A stretch of DNA of 63,512 nt, filler included, from Dimargaris cristalligena (Eukaryota), in the NCBI GenBank assembly GCA_003614675.1. It is 21 parts of 21 records of this genome, joined end to end, with 100 filler letters (N's around TTAATTAATTAA, not from the genome) between each part and the next. Parts side by side here need not be neighbours in the genome. Positions count along the whole stretch, not along the records: positions 60,610 to 63,512 come from ML004083.1; 20 more parts are not named here. One strand, written 5' to 3'. Numbering within the stretch: the first letter of the stretch is position 1; each line of letters begins with the position of its first letter. The position numbers were made by a program, and so were the translations under genes. Shown here piece after piece: positions 62,551 through 63,512 of this stretch. A model generated the notes under the pieces. It saw only the letters and a program-made list of their open reading frames with translations, ran no database searches and had not been told where the DNA came from.

Positions 62551-63512
62551 CGTGTGTCGTTGAAACCCCAAAATAAATTAGAATTAGGATGTGTTTTATT
62601 TAGGTATACTGATAGCCGATGATTTTTTTTACCTCCTTCTTTTATTACTAAGTCGTTACTATAGTTTTTTTTATAAAGTCTGCTTTCAAACTCAGCTGAG
62701 CCTCATGCCGCGGCCTTGACCAATTCGCTTATATCATAAGACTAAAAACCGCGTACTTCGCTAATCAGATTTGAGAGGGATGTAGCAGGAAATATAGTCC
62801 ACGGACAAGTTCCATCTGGCAACTGTACGACAACTCAATAATTAGCCTGGCCTCATATATAGCCCATGCCAGACTATTGGGAAGGCCCGTCCTGGCCCCA
62901 GAGGCAATTCCGTTATGTAGCTAGCTGCTTTAGATATTTCTGCTTAACCACCCGGGGGAGTTACCTGTATAAGAGTGTGTAGGCTGTCCAGTATCGTCGA
63001 GCAATTGGTAGCGGGCCCAGAAAGTGATGTACATTGCACTGGGCGTCTGTGCCAATATTATAATTATACCACCTGCAAAGCCCATACATGGAAAGTATTT
63101 ATAACGGAAATCAATTTAATGGCCGATTTTATTGAAATAATGCATCAAAGAGTAGACACGCAAGTGCCTTCTGATGCAACTTAAAAGAATTATAGACAAG
63201 AGAAAGAATCGCAAGGGGCAAGGCTAGATTGCCCGTGATTGGCTCTATCGAGTTGGATAATAGCGGTGATCAATATAAAAATGATGCTCCGGGTATGGGA
63301 CGATGTAACCAAAGGTATAGAATCAGCTAGATGCACGAAATGAATTTGGGAGAAGTTCAATCAAGCTATATAACGATTTGGATGAAAGTTCCAATTAATG
63401 TAGCGGGACTATTTTTTTATCGAAACGGGAAATAGGTAGATCGATGGGACTTTTTTTAAAAATGAGGGAAAAATGATCCCCGACCCTGTGATCAATCATA
63501 AGATCTATAATA

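Overview
This window is not one locus. It is 21 short contigs (about 2.9-3.0 kb, roughly size-sorted) joined by artificial 100-nt spacers (N44-TTAATTAATTAA-N44), so neighbouring contigs are unrelated. Most contigs are eukaryotic and fungal: GT-AG introns, a VPS13 5' end, an alpha-tubulin 3' end, a GH47 mannosidase, an S10 carboxypeptidase, a dolichol kinase relic, a tRNA-Lys and a CBM19-like protein. They resemble an early-diverging fungus, which is inference only. One AT-rich contig (2978-5952) is a bacterial-type mobilisable rolling-circle replicon: mobC, an oriT-like region and a P2-gpA-like HUH/Y2 Rep with a P2-style origin motif on the antisense strand. The most notable fungal signal is a family of signal-peptide + F-box-like proteins sharing an uncharacterised ~330-aa C-terminal exon (two intact members, one with an in-frame stop). 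Also present: a Kex2-type Trp/Cys-rich peptide precursor and other small secreted orphans, two contigs bounded by long inverted repeats, a CpG-free solo-LTR family with 5-bp TSDs, and a 144-bp MITE-like family. All family assignments come from motifs recognised by eye; no database searches were run.
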